Source: Dehalococcoidales bacterium (GTDB lineage: Bacteria; Chloroflexota; Dehalococcoidia; Dehalococcoidales; RBG-16-60-22). From it: a stretch of 64,000 bases of DNA. This document shows, piece after piece, positions 26,177-35,244 of this stretch. The translations under genes were made by a program, and so were the position numbers. The notes under the pieces were generated by a model, which made no database searches, was not told the DNA's origin, and worked only from the letters and a program-made list of their open reading frames with translations. The stretch is from assembly GCA_034430495.1 (NCBI GenBank), contig DAOUEG010000048.1, positions 709 through 64,708 on the forward strand. The letters are read 5' to 3'. How positions within the stretch are numbered: position 1 is the first letter of the stretch; each line of letters starts with the position of its first letter.

Positions 26177-28255
26177 CTAAATCTGGTGGGCGATGAGGGC
26201 GCCGGCCGCGGTGGCCTCGGCGATGAGGTGGGGCTCGTTGCAGTCCCCGATGAAGTAGACCTCCGGGGCCTTGTCCCTGAACGTCTCCATCATCTCGTCG
26301 TTAGGGTCGAGCGGCAGGGTGGTAACGATGGTATCCGCGTGGAGGAGCTCCTCCTTGCCGTCCGCGGTGGTCAGGGCGAGGCGCCCGTTGGCGATGCCCT
26401 TGTAGGTAACGCCGAGGTAGCGCTTGACGCCTTTCTTATCGAACCAGGGGAAGAGGAGGTACTTATCGTCGCCGGTCATGCCCTCGCCGAGGTTTTCCGT
26501 CTCCTCGACGATGGTGACCCTGCGTCCCCGCTTGGTGAGGAACTCGGCCGTCTCGCAGCCCATAATCTTGCCGCCGATGATGACGACGTTCTTGCCGACC
26601 ATGGGCAGGAAGAGCTTGCTGAGCTTGGCGATGGTCTGCGGCCGCATGAATTTCAGGGCCAGCTTGACCTGCTTATGGAGCTTGGCGCTGGTGAGGACGT
26701 TGGCGCCGCCGAAGCCGGGGATGTTCGGCGAGGAATGCTTGCCGCCGGCGGCGACGATGATAACGTCCGGCTTGAGCTGGTCAATGACCTCCGGGGTCAC
26801 CTCCTGGCCGAGCTCCTGGCGGACGCCGAGCTTCTTGAACTGGCCGTCTTCCCAGTCCACGAAGGCCATCATGTCGTCCACTTCCACTTCCTTGACGGTG
26901 CCGGCCAGCGGGATGAGCCCGCCGAGCTTGGGCTGCTTGTCGAAGATGGTGACGCGGTGGCCGCGGACGGCGGCGCAGCGGGCGGCCTCCATGCCGGAGG
27001 GGCCGGCGCCGACGACGAGGACGTTCTTTTTCTTTTCGGCGGGGGCGTAGGTGACCTCCGTCTCCCGGTTGATGCGCGGGTTGACGCGGCACTGGACGTA
27101 CTTGTTCTGGAGGCGTACGTCCATGCAGTGCAGGCAGCCGAGGCAGGGGCGGATATCGTCGAGGCGGCCTTCCTTGACCTTGTTGGGGTAATCGGGGTCG
27201 GCGAGGAAGCGGCGGGTCATGCCGACGTAGTCCAGCACGCCGTCCCGGAGGGCCTTCTCGCCGAGGTCGTAGTCCAGCCGGACGGCGGAGAGGACCGGCA
27301 CCTTGGCGAACTTCTTGACGGCGGAGGCGAAGGGCAGGATGGAGCCCTTGCCCTTGTTGCTCCAGTCGAGGTCCTTGGGCGGGTTGTCTATCAACTCCGG
27401 GTAGAAGAAGCGGTCCGGGTGCATGAGGCCGTCGCGGTGGCCGTAGAGGTGGCCGCGGACCTGGATCATCTCGGCGCCGGCGGCCTCGAAAATCCTGGCG
27501 AACTCGAGGCCTTCCTCCATCGGCGTGGCGAGCGGGTGGTGATACTCCGCGATGTTGAGGATGACGCTGACGGCGAAGTTGGGGTAGTTCTTGGCGCGAA
27601 TCTTGCTGATAATCTCGGCGACGAAGCGGGCGCGGTTCTCCAGGGTATCGGCGCCGTACTGGTCCGTGCGGCGGTTGAAGACGCGGGAGAGGAAGCTGTT
27701 GGGCAAAGTGCAGGTGGCGGCATTGATTTCGCAGCCGTCCCAGCCGGCCTCGTAGGCCCGGCGGGCCGCCTGGACGAACATATCCTGGACCATGGCCACC
27801 TCTTCCAGGGTCATCTCCTTGGTGGGCACGAAGTCCGTCCCGGGGAGCATGTCCTCGGTGAGGGTGGAGGAGCAGCGGGCGTTGGTGAGGTCGCGGAGGC
27901 CGGTGGGGTTCCAGGGACCGGAGTGGATGAGCTGGATAAAGATGCGGCAATCGTATTGGTGGACGCGCTCCGCCAGCTTGCTGAAGCTGGGGATGAGGGC
28001 GTCATCGTGGAGGCGGAACTGGACCGGCGGATGGTGAACGCCGAGGGGATATTCCACGCCGCAGGACTCCGTCAGCAGCAGGCCGATGCCGCCCTTGGCG
28101 AGGTTTTCATAGTAGTTTAGGCAGCGTTCGCCGACGAAACCGGTATCCGGCTCGATGGTGGAGGAACCCTGGGCCGTCTTGACCCACCGGTTCTTGGTGG
28201 TAACCTGGCCGATCCTCCCGGGTTCGTACAGCCGGGTAAACGTTTCGCTCGTCAT
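26177..28255 (-). CDS. Old-yellow-enzyme / 2,4-dienoyl-CoA reductase-like FMN, FAD/NAD(P) and [4Fe-4S] oxidoreductase
   Basis: OYE-like N-terminus (IFIQLIHSGPW), a CLGCLHC...C iron-sulfur motif, and a VLVVGAGPSGMEAA dinucleotide fold. Confidence 0.85.
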   Translation of the reverse strand: MTSETFTRLYEPGRIGQVTTKNRWVKTAQGSSTIEPDTGFVGERCLNYYENLAKGGIGLLLTESCGVEYPLGVHHPPVQFRLHDDALIPSFSKLAERVHQYDCRIFIQLIHSGPWNPTGLRDLTNARCSSTLTEDMLPGTDFVPTKEMTLEEVAMVQDMFVQAARRAYEAGWDGCEINAATCTLPNSFLSRVFNRRTDQYGADTLENRARFVAEIISKIRAKNYPNFAVSVILNIAEYHHPLATPMEEGLEFARIFEAAGAEMIQVRGHLYGHRDGLMHPDRFFYPELIDNPPKDLDWSNKGKGSILPFASAVKKFAKVPVLSAVRLDYDLGEKALRDGVLDYVGMTRRFLADPDYPNKVKEGRLDDIRPCLGCLHCMDVRLQNKYVQCRVNPRINRETEVTYAPAEKKKNVLVVGAGPSGMEAARCAAVRGHRVTIFDKQPKLGGLIPLAGTVKEVEVDDMMAFVDWEDGQFKKLGVRQELGQEVTPEVIDQLKPDVIIVAAGGKHSSPNIPGFGGANVLTSAKLHKQVKLALKFMRPQTIAKLSKLFLPMVGKNVVIIGGKIMGCETAEFLTKRGRRVTIVEETENLGEGMTGDDKYLLFPWFDKKGVKRYLGVTYKGIANGRLALTTADGKEELLHADTIVTTLPLDPNDEMMETFRDKAPEVYFIGDCNEPHLIAEATAAGALIAHQI

Positions 28256-28282
28256 GCGTTGCAGCTCCTGTCGTTTTTTCCA

Positions 28283-29212
28283 TTATACCTTTACGCCGAA
28301 AAATGAGTCCACTTCCGCCATGGCCGGTCGCAGGAGGGCGAGGGTCTTCTCCAGCTGCTTTTCCTCGTCGGGGGCGAGCTCCGCCTCGACGACCTTGTAG
28401 ATGCCGCCGGTGCCGAGCTGGACGGGCACGCCCATGCTCAGGTTGCGCTGGCCGTACTCGCCATCGAGGACGACGGAGCTGGGGACGATGCTGTGGGTGT
28501 TGTTGACGATGGCGTCCACGATGTCCCGCATGCCGACGGCGGAGGTGATGCCGGAGGTGCGGCCGGTGCGGAGCTCCTCGAAGCTGCGCAGGATTTCCGG
28601 GATGTGGGCGAGGATTTTGATCTTGGTGGCCTCGTCGAACTTGACCGGCTTGCCCTTGACCCGGACCGAGCTGAAGAGGAGGACCTGGCTCTCGCCGTGC
28701 TCGCCGATGGCGAAGCCTTCGACATCGCGGGTGACCTGGCCGAGCGTCTGGGCGACGAGGGCGCGGAAGCGGAGGGTATCGTTCATGGAGTAGCCGAGCA
28801 GGCGGTGGCGGTCGAAGCCGGTGGCGAGCTTCATGGCGTAGTTCAACGGGTCAACCGGGTTGGTGGCGGTGACGACGACGGCGGAGGGGCAGAGGTCGCG
28901 GACCTTCTCGCCGACATCGCGGATGATGGGGAGGTTCTTGTCCAGCATCTCCATGCGCGACTTGATGAGGCCCTGGGGGGCGCCGCCGCACATGATGACG
29001 ATGTTGGAGTCCTTCATATCGTCGTAGCCGCCGGGCCGGATATCCACCTTCTTGTCGGTGATGGCAGTGGCCATATCCATGGCGAGGTGCTCCACGAGGT
29101 TGGTGCGGTTGGGGGCGATGAGGATGAGTTCGTCGGCCAGGCCCTGGAGGGCGAGGATGAAGGCGACGTTCGAGCCGACGTAACCGGAAGCGCCGATGAC
29201 GGTGATTTTCAT
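28283..29212 (-). CDS. LDH/MDH-family L-2-hydroxyacid dehydrogenase (archaeal-type LDH-like MDH fold)
   Basis: MKITVIGASGYVGS, TATNPVDP and IGEHGES (catalytic His). The substrate-loop sequence is GGAPQGLIKSRMEML. Confidence 0.85.
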   Translation of the reverse strand: MKITVIGASGYVGSNVAFILALQGLADELILIAPNRTNLVEHLAMDMATAITDKKVDIRPGGYDDMKDSNIVIMCGGAPQGLIKSRMEMLDKNLPIIRDVGEKVRDLCPSAVVVTATNPVDPLNYAMKLATGFDRHRLLGYSMNDTLRFRALVAQTLGQVTRDVEGFAIGEHGESQVLLFSSVRVKGKPVKFDEATKIKILAHIPEILRSFEELRTGRTSGITSAVGMRDIVDAIVNNTHSIVPSSVVLDGEYGQRNLSMGVPVQLGTGGIYKVVEAELAPDEEKQLEKTLALLRPAMAEVDSFFGVKV

Positions 29213-29565
29213 GGTGTCTGCTCCTCGGTGTAGAAGTAATGTACTAGTACATATACTACAAGTGATACGGGGGCCTTGGCAACGATGCCGGGTCGAGCCG
29301 GTCGTTGCCGCCGTGAAGGTCGAGACGTATCTCTGCGGCCGTTTTTCTCAGCCGCGAACACTGCCCCGAGCGGGTTGTGCCTGACGGCGGCGAACCACCC
29401 GGTCCGCCCCGCCCTGAGAACCATCGTCTACCACCCCGTGGTACTTTCCTTCTATTGTACCACATTTATCCGTTTTCAGGGCACCACGTTTGTTTCAGGG
29501 CGTGCAACCTGCTAGAATGACGCATAAAAACCGCACGGGAGTCCGCCACTGGCGGGCGAGGAGGC

Positions 29566-29790
29566 GTGATGACGATTCGGAATTTCTACCGGGAGAAGTG
29601 CACCGGCTGCGGCCGCTGCGTGGCCTGCTGCCCGATGGATGTGTTGCGGCTCGACCCGCAGGACGGCAAGGCGGTGGTGGCCTACCCGGACGACTGCGTG
29701 GCCTGCTGGGGCTGCGAGTCTTTCTGCCCGGCGGGCGTCTTCGACGTCGCCCCGGACCGGGGCCGCGGCGAGATGGCCTCGCCGTACTAG
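29566..29790 (+). CDS. 2x[4Fe-4S] ferredoxin (74 aa)
   Basis: Two cluster motifs: CTGCGRCVACCP and CVACWGCESFCP. Confidence 0.85.
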   Translation: MMTIRNFYREKCTGCGRCVACCPMDVLRLDPQDGKAVVAYPDDCVACWGCESFCPAGVFDVAPDRGRGEMASPY

Positions 29791-29807
29791 GAGAACGGAG
29801 CGATACG

Positions 29808-31502
29808 ATGAAGCGACTGGAAGATCTCGGAACGGTTATCACCACGGACGTCCTCGTGCTCGGGGCCGGCGGGGCCGGCACCTGTGCCGCGCTCAAGGCC
29901 AGGCGACCGGGTGTGGACGTGCTGCTGCTCGATAAGGGCGGCGTGGGCTACTGCGGGCAGGTGCCCATCGGCGGGGGCATCCTCGCCTACGTCTACCCGG
30001 ACTACGCCGACCAGTGGGTGGAGAAGGTCACCCGCCAGAGCTTCTTCTTCAACAACCAGCACTGGACGGAGGTCTACGCCAGGTCCTTCCACCCGGTGAC
30101 GATGGAGCTGGCGGAGATGGGGCTGACCTTCCACCAGGAAAACGGGAAGATGAAGATACTGGACTGGGGGCCGCACGTCCACGTGACGCTCTTCGACGCC
30201 CCCAAGTCCCTGGCGGCGCTCAAGCAGACGGCCTTACAGCGCGGCGTGAAGACGATGGACAAAATCAACATCGTTGACCTGCTGACGCGGGACGGCCGCG
30301 TGGTGGGCGCGGTGGGCCTCGGGCTGGTGGATGGCAAGACTTACCTGTTCAACGCCAAGGCCACCATCATCGCCATGGGCAACTGCGGCTATATGCACGA
30401 GAAGACCTATGCCTCCTGCCTCGGCGACGGCGCCGCGGCCGGCTACCGGGCCGGGGCGGAGCTCGTCAACGCGGAGTTCGGCTCCAGCTACGTGTGGGGC
30501 ACCAAGGTGCTCGGCAAGGAGCTCTTCGGCATCCACTTCTACCTCTACCTGGAGAACGCCAGGGGCGAGAAGATCATGGGCAAGCACTTCCCGGACCTCA
30601 TGGAGCACGTCCAGCCGGTCTACACCTTCGACCCGCGCGTCATTGACGCCATGCAGAAGGAGGTCCAGGCGGGCCTGGGGCCCATCTACCTCAACCTGCG
30701 CGGGCTGAGCGACGCCCAGATAGCCGACTGCGCCGAGGACGTGGTCGAAGACTTGAGCCACCTGATGGCGAACGATAACCTGATGCTCCTGCGGGAGAAG
30801 GCCGGCATCGAGCCGAAGGAGGCGCTCATCGAGATGGGCCCGAAGCTCCTCTACAGCGGCGGCGGCATGCGGACGGACACGACCGGCCGGACGACGCTGG
30901 CAGGGCTGTGGGCGGCCGGGGCCGCCTCGTCCAACGGCTGGTCCAACGGCGGGGGCGGCCAGGGAGGTCTCGGGGTGGCCTCGGCGGCCATCACCGGGTT
31001 CGTGGCCGGGGAAAACGCCGGGGCGTACGCGGCGGGGGCCGGGCTGATGGGTATTGACGCGGCGGCCGCGGAAAAGGTCTTGAGCCGGGTGCTGGCCCCG
31101 ATGAAACGGAAAGGCGATACCGACCCGTCCAGGGTCACCTACCGCGTCCACGACGCCGTCGTGCCGATGAAGTACACCCGCCAGCGGGAGGCCGGCCGGA
31201 TGAAGGAGGCGCTCGGCATCGTCAGGGAAGCGCGGGAGATGCTGGCGCGGGTGGGCGTGAGCAACTACCACGACCTGGCCCGCTACCACCAGGCGGCGAG
31301 CATGGCGCTGGCGGCGGAGGGTACCTTCAACGCGGCGCTGCTGCGGGAGGAGAGCCGGGCCGGCCACTTCCGCGAGGACTTCCCAGAGCGGGACGACGCC
31401 AACTGGTTCAAGTGGATAACCGTCCGCGAGCAGGGCGGCGCGCCGAAGCTGGACACCCTGCGGATACCGGTGGAGACGTACCGCCTCCGGCCGGAAAGCT
31501 AA
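29808..31502 (+). CDS. FAD-dependent oxidoreductase of the fumarate reductase / succinate dehydrogenase / AprA flavoprotein superfamily
   Basis: DVLVLGAGGAGTCAA FAD fold, and C-terminal ESRAGHFREDFPERDD typical of this superfamily. The real start is ATG 29808 with an AGGAG SD. The upstream part of the track ORF overlaps the ferredoxin gene in another frame. Confidence 0.75.
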   Translation: MKRLEDLGTVITTDVLVLGAGGAGTCAALKARRPGVDVLLLDKGGVGYCGQVPIGGGILAYVYPDYADQWVEKVTRQSFFFNNQHWTEVYARSFHPVTMELAEMGLTFHQENGKMKILDWGPHVHVTLFDAPKSLAALKQTALQRGVKTMDKINIVDLLTRDGRVVGAVGLGLVDGKTYLFNAKATIIAMGNCGYMHEKTYASCLGDGAAAGYRAGAELVNAEFGSSYVWGTKVLGKELFGIHFYLYLENARGEKIMGKHFPDLMEHVQPVYTFDPRVIDAMQKEVQAGLGPIYLNLRGLSDAQIADCAEDVVEDLSHLMANDNLMLLREKAGIEPKEALIEMGPKLLYSGGGMRTDTTGRTTLAGLWAAGAASSNGWSNGGGGQGGLGVASAAITGFVAGENAGAYAAGAGLMGIDAAAAEKVLSRVLAPMKRKGDTDPSRVTYRVHDAVVPMKYTRQREAGRMKEALGIVREAREMLARVGVSNYHDLARYHQAASMALAAEGTFNAALLREESRAGHFREDFPERDDANWFKWITVREQGGAPKLDTLRIPVETYRLRPES

Positions 31503-32038
31503 CCGGCGGCCAGCTTCCTGCCGAGGCGTTCCAGCCGCCGCTTGAGGGCTGGCTGGCGGGAGGCATCTTTCGGGAGCTTGGCGAGGGCGGTGACCCCGCC
31601 GCGCCACGTCATGCCGAGCAAGTCCCCGTAGGTCCGCAGGTTCCGTAACGCCGCCATGAGGCTCTCTTCCGCGACGGCGAGACCGGCCAGTCCCTTGCCG
31701 CGCAGGGCCGGCCAGACGGGGCAGGTGCGGTCGAGGAAGGTCTTGAGCTGGCCGGACAGCAGCCCCATGTAGCCGGGCGTGGCCAGCACGATGACATCGG
31801 CGGCGAGCAGCCGGGGAAGGATGTCCTGCATGTCATCGTCAATGACGCAGGCGCCGCGCCCGTTTTTATCCCGCTTCTCGCAGGCCAGGCAGCCGCGGCA
31901 GGGTTCGATGGTCCGCTCCCTCACCAGCACCCGGTCGGTCACGGTGCCGGCGGCGGTCGCAGCCGCCAGCAGCGTGGACAGCATCCACTCCGTGTTGCCC
32001 TTCCGGGGCGAGCCGCAGATACCCAGAATGTTCATCAT
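31499..32038 (-). CDS. Flavodoxin-like / iron-sulfur flavoprotein (Isf)-like NADPH-dependent FMN reductase family protein
   Basis: MMNILGICGSPRKGNT, and the compact Cys motif CRGCLACEK...C. Its 3' end overlaps the convergent FAD oxidoreductase stop by 3-4 nt. The start is uncertain (ATG 32038 vs GTG 32065). Confidence 0.7.
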   Translation of the reverse strand: MMNILGICGSPRKGNTEWMLSTLLAAATAAGTVTDRVLVRERTIEPCRGCLACEKRDKNGRGACVIDDDMQDILPRLLAADVIVLATPGYMGLLSGQLKTFLDRTCPVWPALRGKGLAGLAVAEESLMAALRNLRTYGDLLGMTWRGGVTALAKLPKDASRQPALKRRLERLGRKLAAG

Positions 32039-32103
32039 GCCGGTAGTCCGGGTACCACTATACACCCTGGGCGGCTCCGGGGATACCCTGACGCCGGTGG
32101 GGC

Positions 32104-33360
32104 CTAGCGGGAAGCGGCCGGGGTAGACCGGCGGGGCCGGTGGTGGTGCGGCGGCCGGCGGCGGCGTGGCTGGCGGGGTGCGACCGGTTGCTCCGGGGCG
32201 CGGGACGGGCGGCGTTCCGGGGGGGCCGCGTCGGGGTCCGGCTGGTCGTAGTCGAACCCGGCTACCTTGCGGCGCTCCAGCGGCCGCTTGAGAATCTTCT
32301 CCAGCGCGCGCACCTTGTTGTCGTCGGCGTGGGAGACGAAGGTGAGGGCCTCGCCGTTGTTATCAATGCGTCCCGTCCGCCCGATGCGGTGGATGTAGTC
32401 ATCCGGGCTCTGCGGCATATCGTAGTTGATGACGTGGGAGATGGAGAGGATGTCAATGCCGCGGGCGGCGATGTCCGTGGCGACGAGGATTTTCACCGAG
32501 CCGGAGCGGAAGCTGTCAATGGCCACCTGGCGGCGGTGCTGGGGTAAATCGCCCTGGAGGGAGGTCACGCGGTAGCCGGCGCGGCGGAGCTGGTCCGTGA
32601 GGCGCTCGGCGCGGTGCTTGGTGCGGGTAAAGACGAGCACGGAATCCGTCTCGGTCGTGTCCAGATAGCGCTTGAGCAGGGAGGTCTTGAGGTGCGGCGC
32701 CACCGGGTAGAGGGCGTGGGAGATGGTGCGGGCCGGGGCGGTGAGGCCGATCTGGATGGTGAGGGGCTTGCGGAGCACCTCGTTGGTGAGCTTGCGGATG
32801 CCGGGCGGCATGGTAGCGGAGAAGAGGAGGGTCTGGTGCTCCTGCATGATGCAGCTCAGGATGTTGTGGATATCCGGCAGGAAGCCCATATCGAACATGC
32901 GGTCCGCCTCGTCAATGACGAGGACCTCGAGGGCGTTGAGGCGGATGGTGCCGTTCCAGAGGTGGTCGAGCAGGCGGCCCGGGCAGGCGACGATGATATC
33001 GGCGCTGGGGAGGCGGGTCTTCTGGTCGAACATGCTGACGCCGCCGTAGATGGGGACGGCCTTGAGGCCGGTCTCTTCCCCGAGGGAGTTGAAGACGTCG
33101 CAGGTCTGCTCGGCGAGCTCCCGGGTGGGGGAGACGACGAGGGCGCGGATGTTGCCGCGGGGGCCCTCGATGAGCTTCTGGAGGAGCGGCAGCACGAAGG
33201 CGGCCGTCTTGCCGGTGCCGGTCTGGGCGAGGCCGATGATATCCCGCCCGGCCAGGATGGGCGGGATAGCCTGGTCCTGGATGGGGGTGGGCTCTTCAAA
33301 CCCGAGGGCCTCGACGCCGGCCATGATGCTCGGGTGGAAGTCAAATTGCTGAAAGGTCAT
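32104..33360 (-). CDS. DEAD-box ATP-dependent RNA helicase with an Arg-rich C-terminal tail
   Basis: Q motif FEEPTPIQ, AQTGTGKT, VIDEADRMFDMGF, SAT and HRIGRTGR. Start is ATG 33360 (MTFQQFDF). Confidence 0.9.
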   Translation of the reverse strand: MTFQQFDFHPSIMAGVEALGFEEPTPIQDQAIPPILAGRDIIGLAQTGTGKTAAFVLPLLQKLIEGPRGNIRALVVSPTRELAEQTCDVFNSLGEETGLKAVPIYGGVSMFDQKTRLPSADIIVACPGRLLDHLWNGTIRLNALEVLVIDEADRMFDMGFLPDIHNILSCIMQEHQTLLFSATMPPGIRKLTNEVLRKPLTIQIGLTAPARTISHALYPVAPHLKTSLLKRYLDTTETDSVLVFTRTKHRAERLTDQLRRAGYRVTSLQGDLPQHRRQVAIDSFRSGSVKILVATDIAARGIDILSISHVINYDMPQSPDDYIHRIGRTGRIDNNGEALTFVSHADDNKVRALEKILKRPLERRKVAGFDYDQPDPDAAPPERRPSRAPEQPVAPRQPRRRRPPHHHRPRRSTPAASR

Positions 33361-33608
33361 AAAACTCCTGTAAGAGGGGACCGCCGGTGGGCGGCCGGAA
33401 ACGGCATGCGAAAGAAGCGGCGTACGCGCCGCCGCGGGCGGCGGCAAGAACGGCGAAGGCCGGAAGGGATGGTGAAATAGAGTGGCGGTTCAGAATGCTA
33501 TCAGACGTCCGGTCCGGGCCGAAGGCGGCTGGACCGGGGGGGAGAAGCTTCCTGGCAACGTCCCTGGCGGAACCGGCGGTACCGGCGTGGGCCAGGTCCC
33601 TGGGCAAC

Positions 33609-33794
33609 TTAACCCTGCCGCCGGCGCCGCCGGGCGTTGGCCTTAGCCCGGATGCGGGCGGCCTCGCTCTTGGGCACGAAGTGGCGGTTGGCTTTCAGTT
33701 CCCGGAGGACGCCGCTCATCTGCACCATTTTCTGGAAACGGCGCAGCAGCGATTCCTGGGACTCGCCTTCATGTATGGTTACTTCTAGTGACAA
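33609..33794 (-). CDS. rpsU: 30S ribosomal protein S21
   Basis: ESQESLLRRFQKMVQMSGVLRELKANRHFVPKSEAARIRAKANARRRRR is an S21 pattern. TTG start. Confidence 0.85.
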   Translation of the reverse strand: MSLEVTIHEGESQESLLRRFQKMVQMSGVLRELKANRHFVPKSEAARIRAKANARRRRRQG

Positions 33795-33862
33795 TGCTTT
33801 CTCTTATTTACGGTCACTCCGGGCAGCAGGGCCACCCGGAGTGATCCGTTATTTTGCTTGCT

Positions 33863-34159
33863 TTAGTGGCGCGGGCTGATTTTCCTGAAGCAGTCGCTGC
33901 AGTACACAGGCTTGTCGCCGCGGGGCTGGAACGGAACCTCGGCCGTCTTGCCGCACTCGGCGCAGACCGCCTCGTACATCTGGCGCGGCGCTCCGTAGGA
34001 ACCGCCCTGGCGTTCCGTCTTGCGGGCGCGCCGGCAGTCCGGGCAGCGCTTGGGCTCGTTCAGGTAGCCCTTGGACTGGTAGAACTCCTGATCTTCGGCG
34101 CTGAATACGAAATCAGAACCGCAATCAGCGCATCGAAGGGTCTTATCCTCGAAACTCAT
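33863..34159 (-). CDS. Zinc-ribbon protein with a CxxC-x17-CxxC module (paralog 2)
   Basis: MSFEDKTLRCADCGSDFVFSAEDQEFYQSKGYLNEPKRCPDCR...CAECG-x17-CSDC. It is colinear with 24379-24681 over its full length. Confidence 0.75.
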   Translation of the reverse strand: MSFEDKTLRCADCGSDFVFSAEDQEFYQSKGYLNEPKRCPDCRRARKTERQGGSYGAPRQMYEAVCAECGKTAEVPFQPRGDKPVYCSDCFRKISPRH

Positions 34160-34271
34160 CGGATGCCCTCCTCTCTTTGTATATTAGGTAGAGTTCGGGA
34201 CATCCAATTCCGAAGAACACCCTTTACCAGGGATTTCCGGGCCGTGGTACTCCCCTCAACCAACTTTACAT

Positions 34272-34300
34272 AGTATACCTTTTTTCCGACAGGTTGGCAA
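34272..34300 (-). promoter_or_regulatory. Candidate promoter for zinc-ribbon paralog 2
   Basis: Minus strand: TTGCCA, 17 nt, TATACT. Confidence 0.45.
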
Positions 34301-34405
34301 GTGGTTTTTGTCACCTTTTCTGGAAGCCGGGACGAGCGGCGCGATTGACTGGCCGGGTCAATGTGAGATAATAAAAAAGGAACGCCGGACCCGGGGAGAA
34401 GAAGC

Positions 34406-35233
34406 ATGGAGACCAACACCGAACTGAACGAAACCAAGCCAGCCGTGGAGCCGGACCTGTTCGAGCTCGAGAAAAAGCCCATCATGGTCAAGTCCATTGA
34501 CCGGGCGGCCATCATCCTGCACTGCATCAGCGACGGCATCAACACCGTCTCGGACATCGCGGCGTACTGCCGGCTGGGGAAGTCAACGGTGCACCGGCTG
34601 CTGAACGCCCTGCGGGAAGCCGGCCTGGTGATGCGGGACCCGGTGAACCGGGACTACCTGTTCGGGGACCTGCTGTCCCGGCTGGTGACCAACCCGCGCA
34701 TGACCCACGAGTACCTGGTGCGGGCGGCGGCGCGGGAGATGGCGTTCCTGGCGGACTACACCAAGGAAGCCGTTTCCCTGGGGGTGAAATCCGGGATTAA
34801 CTTCATCGGTCTGGCCAGCCTGCCGAGCGCCCACGCGCTGCGGGTGGTGGACGATACGAATTTCCACGGTGACCTCTACGCCGGGGCGAGCGGCCGGGTG
34901 CTGCTGTCCCAGCTCGGCAGCGCGGAGGTGCAGCGGGTAGCGCAGTTCTTCCAGGCGGAGTTCGCGGAGGGGCCCAACCGCTTCAACGAGGCGCGTTTCC
35001 TGGAGGACATTGACCGCATCCGGGAGCAGGGCTACGCGGTTTCCGGCGGGGAGCGGGTCTACGGGGCGATGTGCATCGCCGCGCCGGTGCGGTACTACCA
35101 CGTGCCGGCGGCGCTGAGCATACTGGGGCCGGAGAGCCGGCTGACGCCGCACACGCGGGAATACCTGGACCTGCTGCTGGCCGCGGCCAACCGCATCGGG
35201 CAGCGGGTGCGGGAAACGCGGAAACTGACCTAG
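34406..35233 (+). CDS. IclR-family transcriptional regulator
   Basis: VKSIDRAAIILHCISDG...VSDIAAYCRLGKSTVHRLLNALREAGLV is the HTH. The rest is an IclR effector domain. Confidence 0.85.
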   Translation: METNTELNETKPAVEPDLFELEKKPIMVKSIDRAAIILHCISDGINTVSDIAAYCRLGKSTVHRLLNALREAGLVMRDPVNRDYLFGDLLSRLVTNPRMTHEYLVRAAAREMAFLADYTKEAVSLGVKSGINFIGLASLPSAHALRVVDDTNFHGDLYAGASGRVLLSQLGSAEVQRVAQFFQAEFAEGPNRFNEARFLEDIDRIREQGYAVSGGERVYGAMCIAAPVRYYHVPAALSILGPESRLTPHTREYLDLLLAAANRIGQRVRETRKLT

Positions 35234-35244
35234 CCCGGCACCGC

